Shown in pieces: positions 27,701 through 37,182 of a stretch of DNA of 55,053 bases. A model generated the notes under the pieces. The model worked only from the letters and a program-made list of their open reading frames with translations. It had not been told where the DNA came from and ran no database searches. The position numbers were made by a program, and so were the translations under genes. Origin of the DNA: Bacteroidota bacterium (lineage in GTDB: Bacteria > Bacteroidota > Bacteroidia > Chitinophagales > LD1); NCBI GenBank assembly GCA_025963485.1, contig JAOQAO010000187.1:1-55053 (forward strand), read 5' to 3'. Within the stretch, counting starts at the first letter, position 1; every line of letters starts with the position of its first letter.

Positions 27701-29922
27701 TTGTTAGTAGCAGTAGAGGTCCTGGTGTAGCATACTTGTATCACCAGGTTTGACACACCATCCCAATTGTAATAATGAAGGAAAGGATGCGGGCTCCAGC
27801 CGGTATTCGGGAAGACCTGTGAGGGTGGCGATACTTCTTGCAATGTATTGATAAAACCTCCGCTCAAAGTAGCCAGGTTGGTACATCCCATGCTAATATC
27901 AAAGCTGTCATAACCTACAGTACTGCTGACAGCCGTCACGAAGAATGAAATGTCAGTGATAGCACCGGAAGAAATACCTGCTGCGTTGAGCTCAGCCGCA
28001 GTAAAAAGGTATTGCGTTTTGGCACGGGAAGAAGCTCCGGAATAAGGTGACTGTACAGTAGTGCCCAGTGTACCTGTGCCCACTACTGAATTATTCAAAA
28101 GGGTATTGTCCGGACAAGTATCGACGAGGCCGCATGACACAAGATTAGCTACGATCACAGTACTATTCAGCGTGATCGTATCGCCGGGACACACGTCCCG
28201 ATTTGACGGAGTGATGGATATCCTCGGACCTACGCCGGAGAGTATCACATTGACAGTGTCTATGAGTACGCATCCGCTGGCCGATGTGACCTTGACCTGA
28301 AAAGGAGTTGTATTTAGAATCGGATTGGTGACGGTGCTCGCGGAATGAGGGGACTGCACAAGAGTAGAGTCTAACCACAGATAAGTAAATGGTCCCAGAG
28401 CTGGCGGAGATGCACTCACCGAAAGATTAGTAGACAAATATTTGCAAAGAGAAGTATCCCCGATGGCGGATATTGTAAAGTTTGGCACTATGACACTAGC
28501 AGTATCTATACAGCTGGCAAAATGCCACACAAAATTATAAGTGCCTCCTACGGTAAAACCCGAAATGCTCGTGTTGGGGGCCGTCGGATTATTGATCGTA
28601 GTAGTGGTTGGATTTCCAGCCAGTGCTGTCCAGTTGCCCGTACCTATGGCCTGCATCGTAGCGACACCATTCACACAGGTAAATACATCAGGCCCGGCAT
28701 TGGGGCGTGATGATACTATGACCCTGGCTGTATCTACGCACAATACAGATGCCCAGACATACACATAGGTGCCAAGCGGGCCAAATCCCTTGATAGAAGT
28801 AGTAGGTGAAGTCGGCGATGTAATGACCGTCGCTCCCGGATTGCTGGCCATAGCTGTCCATGTACCTGTACCGGAAGCAGCCATGAGAACTGAATCCACA
28901 GCAGTAGGGCAACTCAGGAACTGATCCACACCAGCTGACTGGGTGACTGCAATGCTAATGGTATCAGAAACTACAATGTTATTCAGAGTATCGCATTGGA
29001 TATATGTCACATCTACTATAAATCTGGTTGTAGCATTGCTCGGCGGGCAAAGAATAGCTGTATCCGCAGTAGAAATAACAGTGGTGCTCTGATCCTGGTG
29101 CCATTTGACATTAGTGACCGTAGAGCTATTGGTGGTCGGCGTAAACCTCCACGCATCATTGCTAATGGTCCATGCGGTATTATTCCTGCCGGGCACCCAA
29201 TATGCGACTGTCCCTGTGCTATTTTGGATACCTTCAATAGCGTTTCCATTATTCCAGCCTGCGCACTCTGATTTATTGGCAATATAAATATCTATGATGT
29301 TAGTGCCCTCATATATAGCTATCTGACTGGTAGATGAGACGTTGGTACATTGAAACTGTGGAACCTGATTGAACGATACCACAAAAATACGACGAGGAAA
29401 GGTGCCAATCACATCATATGTAATGGTACCCCCGCTAGGAGGAAAAATATCCTGATATGGGCCCATGATACTGCTTACCGGCAATGAAGGGTTTGGTATT
29501 GGATTGGCTGTAGTACCTACTCCATTGAGCTGCCATGGGCAAGGACCACCGGCATAGCTCAGGTCAAATGAAATGATGCCATTTGAACCGATGACCATTG
29601 CGTTATAATTATTCCCAAACATGCAAACATTGAAGGGAATCGGAACGATTTGTGACCAAATATCATCCTGAGTAGCTGGTACTATGACAGGGCTCACAGA
29701 GGGCAAAACTACATACGGTATAGAATCCACAGAATATGTATCTGTAAATCCGGTGCGGGTCTTCAACGAGGAGGCTGGATAGCATCCACCGCCGCTACCG
29801 CAGGGGATAGTGACATTATGGTTGCCGTTGATGGCAACATTGGGTTGCCCGCTGAAGCTCTGTTGCGCCTGCGCGCAAAAAACACTAACTGATAATGACA
29901 GAGCGAGTAAAAAATTTTTCAT
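24793..29922 (-). CDS. Large T9SS type-B cargo (gliding-motility-associated C-terminal domain), putative adhesin
   Basis: Signal peptide from ATG 29922; Cys-containing Ig/PKD-like repeats; CTD 'TAFTPNGDGKND...VYNRWGQLVY...GWNG...TYTY...G.FQLFR'. Confidence 0.9.
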   Translation of the reverse strand: MKNFLLALSLSVSVFCAQAQQSFSGQPNVAINGNHNVTIPCGSGGGCYPASSLKTRTGFTDTYSVDSIPYVVLPSVSPVIVPATQDDIWSQIVPIPFNVCMFGNNYNAMVIGSNGIISFDLSYAGGPCPWQLNGVGTTANPIPNPSLPVSSIMGPYQDIFPPSGGTITYDVIGTFPRRIFVVSFNQVPQFQCTNVSSTSQIAIYEGTNIIDIYIANKSECAGWNNGNAIEGIQNSTGTVAYWVPGRNNTAWTISNDAWRFTPTTNSSTVTNVKWHQDQSTTVISTADTAILCPPSNATTRFIVDVTYIQCDTLNNIVVSDTISIAVTQSAGVDQFLSCPTAVDSVLMAASGTGTWTAMASNPGATVITSPTSPTTSIKGFGPLGTYVYVWASVLCVDTARVIVSSRPNAGPDVFTCVNGVATMQAIGTGNWTALAGNPTTTTINNPTAPNTSISGFTVGGTYNFVWHFASCIDTASVIVPNFTISAIGDTSLCKYLSTNLSVSASPPALGPFTYLWLDSTLVQSPHSASTVTNPILNTTPFQVKVTSASGCVLIDTVNVILSGVGPRISITPSNRDVCPGDTITLNSTVIVANLVSCGLVDTCPDNTLLNNSVVGTGTLGTTVQSPYSGASSRAKTQYLFTAAELNAAGISSGAITDISFFVTAVSSTVGYDSFDISMGCTNLATLSGGFINTLQEVSPPSQVFPNTGWSPHPFLHYYNWDGVSNLVIQVCYTRTSTATNNSDNVLYTTTSYAGSVAYARSNSSFVSGCALNATTYSAQRPNVRFGTCAPNILTYQWTPHTLLCDTCPTTQVVVTSDSTYRLTVNDNGCINDSVGRVTINPYLAINATPDTSLCTRDTIQLNVALTNPPPSVCLPNYIIASVPYASVSGTPISIPTSSFLGSGGFQSTDDGVAGPFNIGFPFTFYCQTFNQFWVNTNAWISLVNPYPATTGTLQYVAQAFPPTAAFNNPMDEIALMAGDYVVSSNNTVTYFISGTAPNRILVVKYSALQSYSGGFTTTGEIHMYEGSGIIELMLQNSNYSATNHTTGIKQGTGVGVAVPGHNAQPYGVTTPEGWRLTPQNGSSVVINSVLWTPPYSNLSDSSIVNPIATPVSSVDYIANVALTINKFTNPEICVVRDTAHVRVGSFLHTLTATPSITCAGSNSQLAFTTTDSVVSYLWTPGPPVLSSATISNPVATVNDTSTFFVDAVDTNGCRVHDSITVYTYPYPNLTLGRDTSICYTDSVHLSIAGSYTSYEWYIPGNSSPVSTAPTLTAFPLSSYVLRLQDAVTTCFFYTDTITIDSFAHPILHVTASGPLAFCTGGNVTLDVDQGFNAYNWSPSGGSLQSLPVTTSGSYSYTASDANNCYRFSDTAIVVVSIPPSITLGPFKNPICTTDTDMIVVTTVPSGVPVVWTMNGAQVATGDTFITSTPGTYEIIASQGCPDSIPLVLTGAVSPLAGLGTPITECSCDPHDTLTPVVTPPTGITYVWSDGSTGSSFIVDSAGSQVYSVTVTDANGCTATADKVVNITCFKVHAVAEPDTAFVGQTFLLLDSPQHGAGVTYSWYPSDSLTTPTYPSTKGTSAGQQPIDTFYLAAKDNASQCADTSAVIVYIINHSGFRMATAFTPNGDGKNDLMFPVTSLGTTVKAFRVYNRWGQLVYDNPNAPGWNGSFGGNAQATDTYTYFVTVEFPDPSDAGKRITQSSEGSFQLFR

Positions 29923-30085
29923 GACTAATATAAATTTTGGACACTCATAGGTCTGTTTATTAATAAGAATGAAGGTACTCATTCCCAACCGGGAAAGCGT
30001 CTACAACAGGTAAATATATTCTAAATATTATCTTTTCTAAATCCTGGTATCCGATGAATTTTTTCTACTTTTTAATCATTGAATA

Positions 30086-33000
30086 TTACCTAAAAAGCTG
30101 GAAGCTGCCCTCTACAGACTTCTGCACTTTCTTAGATGCATCCGAAGGGTCCGGAGACTCTACAGTCACAAAATAAGTGTAGGTATCTGTAGCTTGCGGT
30201 GTACCGCCATAGCCGCCATCCCATCCCGGTGCATTAGGATTGTCATAGAGGAGCTGTCCCCACCTGTTGTATACTCTAAATGCAATCACTTTTGATGTTG
30301 AGTTTGGTCCATTGAGTACCGGGAAGAATTTATCATTTCGGCCGTCACCATTTGGTGTGAAAGCTGTCGCCATGCGGAAGTTGCCCTGCTCTATGACTGT
30401 GATGTATACCGGCACTGTATTGGTACATCCATTATTGTCCGTGACAGTCACGTAGAATGTGTCAATACCGGGATGCTGAGCTGTAGCCCCCGTGGATGCA
30501 GCATTAGGCACAAGTACATTGCTGGAAGGGGTCCACTGATATGCCGTCAATACGGTACCTCCCAGCGGTAAAACAGAGAGCGTGGTAGTATCACTCGGGA
30601 AAATGGAATCAGGCAGCGCAGAAGTTATGACTTTAGGGCAGGTAATAGTGGCGGTGATGGTGTCAGAGACAGTACAGTGATTGACATCAGTGACAGTCAC
30701 AGCATAGGTGCCGCTGCTGTCGATGCCATATGAGCTACCGGTAGAGCTATCTGCAGACCATATATACGTAGCAGCCGAGGCAGGATTTAAGATTGCAGTC
30801 ACGACAATAGATGTACCACACCCGCAAGCGCTGATCGGGCCTGGTATATCAAATCTGACAGTAGGGCTGACCGCACCTGTGAGTACAAAAGGCAAAGTAG
30901 CCGGGCACCCGATAGAAGCGACCACTGTATAATTGCCTGGAGTATTAGTGACGAGCGGATTACCGGTAGCGATCACTGTGCCATTCAGGCTCCACTCGAT
31001 CGGATAACCTGCCGGTGAAGTGGTGGCGATGATCACGTCTGTATCTGTCGTACATATAGGGTCCTTGTAGTTATTGAGCGTGATCACAGGAGGATCTGAC
31101 ACCCGGATATGGGCAGTATCTGAGAACAGGTGACAGCCATTTGCATCCTCAGCGGTATAAGAGTAATCTCCGGTGGTCTGTACAGGCACGTTCTGATTAG
31201 CGCCTCCAGCCGGTGTCCAGTTATAATTACTATATCCCTGATCAGTCTGGAGGATGACATTGCCGCCAGTGCAGAATGAGTCAGGCCCGCTCGATGTGAC
31301 GTGAAGCAAAGGATGCGGGAAGGAATCAATATGCGCAGTATCAGAAAAATAATAGCATGTGCTACCAGCTGCAAGCACTCGTACGATATAGTCTCCCGGA
31401 GGGTGGGCGTTTATAGTGGACGCTGTACCGAGAGTATCGCGACCAGAAGGTGAAAGCGGATCGAGCACGAACCACTGATAGTCGGTATATGTCCCGCTCA
31501 CAGAAAGCTGGACAGCATCATAGTAACAGAGTGTAACGCTGGGGCCGACATGTGGATGTGGTGTCGGGAATACATTCACCGTAACTGAATCGATGCCTCT
31601 GCAACCATTGTTATCGACTACGTTGACAACGAATCTGGTCGTATCATAAACCGTAGCAAGCGGATTGAAAACCGTGGCATCGGAAAGCAGTGATGAAGGC
31701 GTCCAGGTATAATTGCTGATAGTATTTCCGGATGTAAATGTAAGGCGTGATGTATCTCCCGGACATACTGTGACCGGCGAAGCGGTAACACTGTGAGAAA
31801 ATGAGGTAACATTGACCGTGACAGAATCCCTGACATGGCAGGTAGTAGGATTTGTAAACTGATTGATAGTAAGATACTCGTCTACATAATACGTCTGCCC
31901 TGTGGTCGGAGTGGCTAATGGATTGACTATAGAGTCATCACTGAGACTTATATTAGGCGTCCATACTGTAGTACCGAGAGCCACCGTCGAGCCATTCTGA
32001 GGAATAAACCTCCATCCTTCGGATGCAGTGATGGTATATGGTACGTTATTCCTGCCAGGCGCTGCTATACCGATACCTACAGAGTCCTTGAGACCAGTAG
32101 TGTGGTTGGTATTCACATAGTTGCTATTGAGTATCATGACTTCTACGACACCTGTCCCCTCATGCATATGTATCTCACCAGTCGTCGTATAGGTACCGGA
32201 CAGACTACGAAGCGTGTTAAATTTAACGACGCATATGCGGTTTGGTGCGGTACCTGTAGTGAAGTAACTAGCTGTGCTGGTAGCGCTCACCTGATAGTCA
32301 CCTACCATAAGTGCGATCTCCTTCAACGGATTGCCGAAGGCGGCAGCCGGCGGGAAGGTCTGCGCTATATACTGGAGCCCCCCCGTGGTATTGGGATATG
32401 GGTTGATCAGGCTGATCCATGCATTACTATTTACCCAGAAATTATTGTAGGTCTGGCAATAAAAATTGAATGGGAAACCGATATTGAAGGGACCAGCTAC
32501 ACCATCGTCCGTACTCGGGCCGAAAGTACCCTGATAAGATGCAGTAGGAATAATGGTGCCTGTACCCACTATAGAGCTATATGGGATGGATATCACATTA
32601 TAGTTGAGCAGGCAGGTAGAAGGAGGGGCATTGGCCAGTGCTACATTGAGCTGCACAGTATCAAGGCCGCAGAGCGTCGTGTCCGGCGTAGCGTGGATGG
32701 CTATATTCCTGTTTATAGTCACGCGGAACGCACTGTCATTGACGCATATGCCGTCGTGTACAGTGAGCGTATACACACTATCAGTAGGAACTACTACCGT
32801 GGTAACCGCACAGGTATCGCATAGCAATGTAGATGGCGTCCACTGATATGTCAGCACATTGGGTGCACATATGCCCATCTTTATGATCGGCCTGATATTG
32901 GAAATAGTCGGGAAAGAATTCAATCCGCAGCCATTGGCCCCGGTGCCGAAATCGCGGTCATACAATGTAGAGCCATTGTATGAAGTAGTAGTATAGGCTA

Positions 33001-35311
33001 CGTAATCGCTATTGTTGAAACTAGTAGAGGTCCGGGTGTAGCATACCTGGATGACTATATTGGAGTATCCGTCCCAATTGTAGAAATGCAGGAAAGGATG
33101 CGGGCTCCAACCTGTATTGGGGAGAACCTGGGACGGAGGAGATACCTCCAGCAGATTTCCGACAAAACCAGTAAGAGAATCCAATGAGGTACAACCCATG
33201 CTGACAGTGAAACTATCGTATCCGACCGTGCTGGTAATCTGCTTGACATAAAATGAAATATCCGTAATGGCTCCGGATGATAAACCGGCTGCATTGAGCT
33301 CACTGGCCCTGATAAGGTATTGAGTCCTCGCTGATGGGTAGTCTCCACAGTATGGAGTTTCGATATTGGTCCTGCTGGATGTATCGGTGCCGATAGCCTG
33401 GTTGGTAAGTATCGTATTGTCAGGACAGGTATCTACCAGACCACATACGACCAGGTTCTCGGCAAAAGCTAACCCGGTCAGCGTAACCGTATCACCGGGG
33501 CAGACATTATTATTGGAAGGAATTATGGAGATACGCGGTGCTGAACCGGATATCCTCACCTGCACACTATCTGTAATGACACAACCGCCTACAGCTGTGA
33601 CCTTCACGCTAAACCACGTATCATTGAGCAGCGGAGTGATGGCCGTACTCGGGGTAGCCGGAGAAAGCACCTGTGACGTTGGCGTCCAGACATAGGTATA
33701 CGGGCCTACATTGGCCGGTGTGGCTGTGGTAGAAACCGTAGTGGAGGTATATTTACATATGGATGGGTCCTGTGCCAGCGATGCCAGCGAAAAACGGGGA
33801 ACATTTTTGACCGAGACCGTATCCAGATTTTTGCAACTTCCTATAAGGTCACCACGCACGACATAACCCACACTCACATTGGGGGTAGGAGGCGCGACAG
33901 TGATGGCTGAACTATCGGCACTGTAACTAACGACCCCTATGGGAGGTCCTCCCGAAGCGCTATCGGTCCACGTATAATGACTGGCCCCGTGGGCCTGGAT
34001 CGTGACAGGCTGCCCACCATTGCAATATACAAGGTTGGGCCCCGCATACAGGCCGGTCAATACTGATATGACAAAGGCGTAAGTCCGGGTACCCGGACGC
34101 GGACAGAAAGTATCGGATACAGTAAGATAAATGTAGTGGAATCCACTATCCGCATTCTGCGGGATCCATGATACATGCAGCGTGGCAGTGTCATACTTCG
34201 TACCCGTATGCGTCACAGAAACAACAGATCCGGGAAGTACACGGGCAAAATCTGCCGAATCGCTGACATAGTTGAAGGAATCTCTGTCGGTGGCAGCCAG
34301 ATTGAACTGGACCAATTGACCAGGGCAAACGCCGATATGGGTACTATCATATATGGTCGCTCCGGATACAAAAGCGGGCGTGAAATAATTGAGAAGATTA
34401 GGGGAGTTATTGACAGAGACGCAGTTTATGACCAGTATCTGGATATCCCTCATAGTAGAACTGACCAAAACGCCATTGTGGTAGGCATTGACCAATATGG
34501 CGAGGACATAGTTACCCGTTTGGGTCGGTGTAAAATTGATATTCCCGTTATGCGAATCAAAAGTGAATGAAGATGCATACACGGAGGGAGCTCCAAGCGG
34601 ATTGGTCGGTGTACAGCCCGTCACAAAAGGTATAGGTGCGCCGCCGGTGGTTCTGGGATTGATAAGGGAATAGACCAGGGAGTCACCACTCAAATCGATA
34701 GCTCCCTGAGAGAATACTGCATTTTCGTTGATACAAAAGATATTGACGGGAAAGGATGCAAATTCGGGATTATTCTCACAGCTACCATCTGCCGGAGTAG
34801 TCACTGTGGCTACGATATCTATATCATACCCGCTGGCTCCGATCAGATTGGTGATGGCTCCGTTCCTACTGCCCTGATCCATCTCTGCAGTGACTGAACA
34901 GCCCGGTGGAATATGGAAAGTATCGGAAACGTACTTCTCCAGGAGCGTACCATCCGGAGTGCCGGGCGGAATAGCACCATTGGCATAATAATCGCAAGAG
35001 GTCAAAATATTACGGCAATATAGAGGTACAGGTCCCAGGGAACTCACAGAGGAGGATAATGCGACCAATGACGTAGGTACTCCGGGACAAGTACTGGTCA
35101 AATCCCAGAAAATGACCGAAGGGTCGTATGGTAAAGAGGAGCCTGCTTCACACGAATAATAACATGTAAACACGAGACGATAGGTGCCATTGCCCATACA
35201 CTCGAAATAGATGTCTCCACCCTTGAAGTGCGTAGCTTTGGCTGAATCCGGAGAAAACAGCAAAACGAACAAAAGAGCTGCAGTGCTAAGTATCTTGGTA
35301 AAGTTCTTCAT
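30086..35311 (-). CDS. Large T9SS type-B cargo, paralog of 24793..29922
   Basis: Signal peptide, then the 'ATHFKGGDIYFEC.G...Y' N-terminal domain; the same repeats and CTD (TAFTPNGDGRND, YNRWGQ, GSFQLFR). Confidence 0.9.
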   Translation of the reverse strand: MKNFTKILSTAALLFVLLFSPDSAKATHFKGGDIYFECMGNGTYRLVFTCYYSCEAGSSLPYDPSVIFWDLTSTCPGVPTSLVALSSSVSSLGPVPLYCRNILTSCDYYANGAIPPGTPDGTLLEKYVSDTFHIPPGCSVTAEMDQGSRNGAITNLIGASGYDIDIVATVTTPADGSCENNPEFASFPVNIFCINENAVFSQGAIDLSGDSLVYSLINPRTTGGAPIPFVTGCTPTNPLGAPSVYASSFTFDSHNGNINFTPTQTGNYVLAILVNAYHNGVLVSSTMRDIQILVINCVSVNNSPNLLNYFTPAFVSGATIYDSTHIGVCPGQLVQFNLAATDRDSFNYVSDSADFARVLPGSVVSVTHTGTKYDTATLHVSWIPQNADSGFHYIYLTVSDTFCPRPGTRTYAFVISVLTGLYAGPNLVYCNGGQPVTIQAHGASHYTWTDSASGGPPIGVVSYSADSSAITVAPPTPNVSVGYVVRGDLIGSCKNLDTVSVKNVPRFSLASLAQDPSICKYTSTTVSTTATPANVGPYTYVWTPTSQVLSPATPSTAITPLLNDTWFSVKVTAVGGCVITDSVQVRISGSAPRISIIPSNNNVCPGDTVTLTGLAFAENLVVCGLVDTCPDNTILTNQAIGTDTSSRTNIETPYCGDYPSARTQYLIRASELNAAGLSSGAITDISFYVKQITSTVGYDSFTVSMGCTSLDSLTGFVGNLLEVSPPSQVLPNTGWSPHPFLHFYNWDGYSNIVIQVCYTRTSTSFNNSDYVAYTTTSYNGSTLYDRDFGTGANGCGLNSFPTISNIRPIIKMGICAPNVLTYQWTPSTLLCDTCAVTTVVVPTDSVYTLTVHDGICVNDSAFRVTINRNIAIHATPDTTLCGLDTVQLNVALANAPPSTCLLNYNVISIPYSSIVGTGTIIPTASYQGTFGPSTDDGVAGPFNIGFPFNFYCQTYNNFWVNSNAWISLINPYPNTTGGLQYIAQTFPPAAAFGNPLKEIALMVGDYQVSATSTASYFTTGTAPNRICVVKFNTLRSLSGTYTTTGEIHMHEGTGVVEVMILNSNYVNTNHTTGLKDSVGIGIAAPGRNNVPYTITASEGWRFIPQNGSTVALGTTVWTPNISLSDDSIVNPLATPTTGQTYYVDEYLTINQFTNPTTCHVRDSVTVNVTSFSHSVTASPVTVCPGDTSRLTFTSGNTISNYTWTPSSLLSDATVFNPLATVYDTTRFVVNVVDNNGCRGIDSVTVNVFPTPHPHVGPSVTLCYYDAVQLSVSGTYTDYQWFVLDPLSPSGRDTLGTASTINAHPPGDYIVRVLAAGSTCYYFSDTAHIDSFPHPLLHVTSSGPDSFCTGGNVILQTDQGYSNYNWTPAGGANQNVPVQTTGDYSYTAEDANGCHLFSDTAHIRVSDPPVITLNNYKDPICTTDTDVIIATTSPAGYPIEWSLNGTVIATGNPLVTNTPGNYTVVASIGCPATLPFVLTGAVSPTVRFDIPGPISACGCGTSIVVTAILNPASAATYIWSADSSTGSSYGIDSSGTYAVTVTDVNHCTVSDTITATITCPKVITSALPDSIFPSDTTTLSVLPLGGTVLTAYQWTPSSNVLVPNAASTGATAQHPGIDTFYVTVTDNNGCTNTVPVYITVIEQGNFRMATAFTPNGDGRNDKFFPVLNGPNSTSKVIAFRVYNRWGQLLYDNPNAPGWDGGYGGTPQATDTYTYFVTVESPDPSDASKKVQKSVEGSFQLFR

Positions 35312-35522
35312 ATGCGGGGGCTTCGATTTTAAAAACTTTCAACAAATTTAGTAATTATTTCAAATCACTGCCCATTAAAGTTAACATTTACCGCCATAAA
35401 TGGGCATAACACCTAATGATGGCATTATCAAGACTAGTATTCAATTCCGGGGGTTGCGTTGGTTTTTTGTTTTATCTTGTTTATTATTGCCCTCGATTTG
35501 ATAACCAACTAAACAAACTACA

Positions 35523-36005
35523 ATGAAAAAACTCGTAAGTTTCCTCACTGCTACCGCTCTGGTAGTTACCCTAATGACAACATCTTCATGTACTAAGACC
35601 TGTGACGCAGGATATGAAGGATCTGACTGCAAAACACAGGTAAGGACTAAATTTGTCAATACTTATACTGCATCCGAAACAAAAAATGCAGGTACACCTT
35701 ATACATACCCTACCTCTATCACTGCGGGCACTTCTGCTACTGATATTACTCAAGTAATCATCACAAAGATCACCGGACAGAACCTAGGTACAGGTGGCTT
35801 TTTCACCAACTATGTAACTGGGACTGTATCCGGATCAACCCTGACAATAGCTAACCAGAGCCCAGATGGCGACGGATACTATATCACAGGATCAGGTACT
35901 ATCACAGGTACTACTGTAGCCCTGACATATTCTATATCAGGCCCGAATAACGCTACTCCGCCAGTAACAGTAACTGATAACTACATTACTACTCTTACTC
36001 ATTAA
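35523..36005 (+). CDS. Lipoprotein with an EGF-like CxxGYEGxDC motif
   Basis: Lipobox TSSC, then TKTCDAGYEGSDC; Thr-rich beta-strand domain. Confidence 0.8.
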   Translation: MKKLVSFLTATALVVTLMTTSSCTKTCDAGYEGSDCKTQVRTKFVNTYTASETKNAGTPYTYPTSITAGTSATDITQVIITKITGQNLGTGGFFTNYVTGTVSGSTLTIANQSPDGDGYYITGSGTITGTTVALTYSISGPNNATPPVTVTDNYITTLTH

Positions 36006-36021
36006 TTGACCAATAAGTTAT

Positions 36022-36057
36022 AATAAAAAACCACCGCTAATCCGGTGGTTTTTTATT
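36022..36057 (+). terminator. Intrinsic terminator
   Basis: aataaaaaaccaccg-ctaatc-cggtggttttttatt. Confidence 0.85.
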
Positions 36058-36215
36058 TGGAGAAAGCCCAGTATCAATACACAAATACAAGATGGACGGG
36101 TACCTTCCTCCGGATTTTCACTACCTTCATTTTGTCCCATCAATAATGACCAGCAACATCCTAGCGCAATCCAGAGCGAGATAAACTGGCTCAAACCTAC
36201 CTCAGGTAGTAGTAT

Positions 36216-36241
36216 AAAAAAAAGAGGGCTTTGCCCTCTTT
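36216..36241 (-). terminator. Intrinsic terminator
   Basis: aaagagggc-ttt-gccctcttt with an A8 run, which is the U-tail on the minus strand. Confidence 0.8.
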
Positions 36242-36265
36242 CCTATATCAATTATGAAGTGATAA

Positions 36266-36700
36266 TTATTTATTACCGCCCATCTTGGATGCTTTTGATT
36301 TATCAGGGGCAGGTGCGTTATCATTTCCACCCATTTTAGATGCCTTGGATTTAGGGTCACTTGAAGTGCCGCCATTTCCTCCCATTTTGTCTGCCTTTGT
36401 TTCAGGCTTTTTGGGCTCTGCTTTTTTCGATTCTTCCTTTTTGGGGGCAGTAGTATGCGCAGTAGCGTGCCCTGTACCTTTTGGTGCATCCGCCTCGACC
36501 TTAGCTGCAGCGGCGAGGACCTGGTCATCGCAGACTTTTGACAGAGAGTCATCGAGTGTCTTGATCTTGTCTTGTACTATATTGTCTATAGCAGTATTGT
36601 CTGCATCCAAGGCCACTTTGTTTGCTGCGTCATTATTGCATGCTGTGAGCGCCAGTCCTATTGCTGCTACCGAGCAGAGTTTTATGAGTGTCTTTTTCAT
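36266..36700 (-). CDS. Lipoprotein with Lys-rich tail and three KMGG repeats
   Basis: Lipobox LTAC; helical core; KADKMGG, KASKMGG, KASKMGG. Confidence 0.8.
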   Translation of the reverse strand: MKKTLIKLCSVAAIGLALTACNNDAANKVALDADNTAIDNIVQDKIKTLDDSLSKVCDDQVLAAAAKVEADAPKGTGHATAHTTAPKKEESKKAEPKKPETKADKMGGNGGTSSDPKSKASKMGGNDNAPAPDKSKASKMGGNK

Positions 36701-36736
36701 TTTTATGATTGGTTTAATCGGTTTTATAATTTTTGA

Positions 36737-36982
36737 TTACTTGGATACAGTAGCGTCTGCAGCTTTCAGTGACTGAACTTTTGCCTCTACAGCTGCATCC
36801 ATATTCTTAGCGCAGTCGTCCGTTTTTGCCTTGATCTCATCAGCAGCCTTGACCGCATAAATAGAATCTGCTTTCGCTTTCTTCTGATCCTCTGTGAGCG
36901 GAGTGTACTTAGCGCCGCAGCTGCTCAGGATCAGTGCCGCCATAGTACCCAGGGCGAATAATGACATTACTGATTTTTTCAT
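36737..36982 (-). CDS. Small helical lipoprotein
   Basis: MKK signal with lipobox LSSC; 81 aa; 36 nt upstream of the next lipoprotein. Confidence 0.8.
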   Translation of the reverse strand: MKKSVMSLFALGTMAALILSSCGAKYTPLTEDQKKAKADSIYAVKAADEIKAKTDDCAKNMDAAVEAKVQSLKAADATVSK

Positions 36983-37101
36983 GATTGTTGTTTTTAATAG
37001 TTTAGTTAAGAATGAGCGAATTTAGCAGGAATGCGCTTGAGAAAAAAAATTTTCTTCAGTATAAATGAACACTGTTAAGGATTTATCAACAAAAGAGGTA
37101 G

Positions 37102-37126
37102 CCCCACAACCCCGAAAGGAGCTTTA
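37102..37126. repeat. Degenerate REP-like repeat
   Basis: ccccacaaccccgaaaggagctttaa, similar to the copies at 12451 and 54973. Confidence 0.4.
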
Positions 37127-37140
37127 AAAGCCGGATACAA

Positions 37141-37182
37141 TTGTCTGAATCAGAATTCACAGAATTGAAGAATTATCAGAAT
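37141..37182. repeat. GAAT(T)-periodic intergenic repeat
   Basis: ttgtct-gaatca-gaattcaca-gaattgaa-gaattatca-gaata. Confidence 0.55.

Noticed and set aside
24793-35311. Diversity-generating retroelement or invertible shufflon behind the adhesin duplication
   Set aside because: No reverse transcriptase, recombinase or inverted repeats were seen, and the differences between copies are not confined to adenines.
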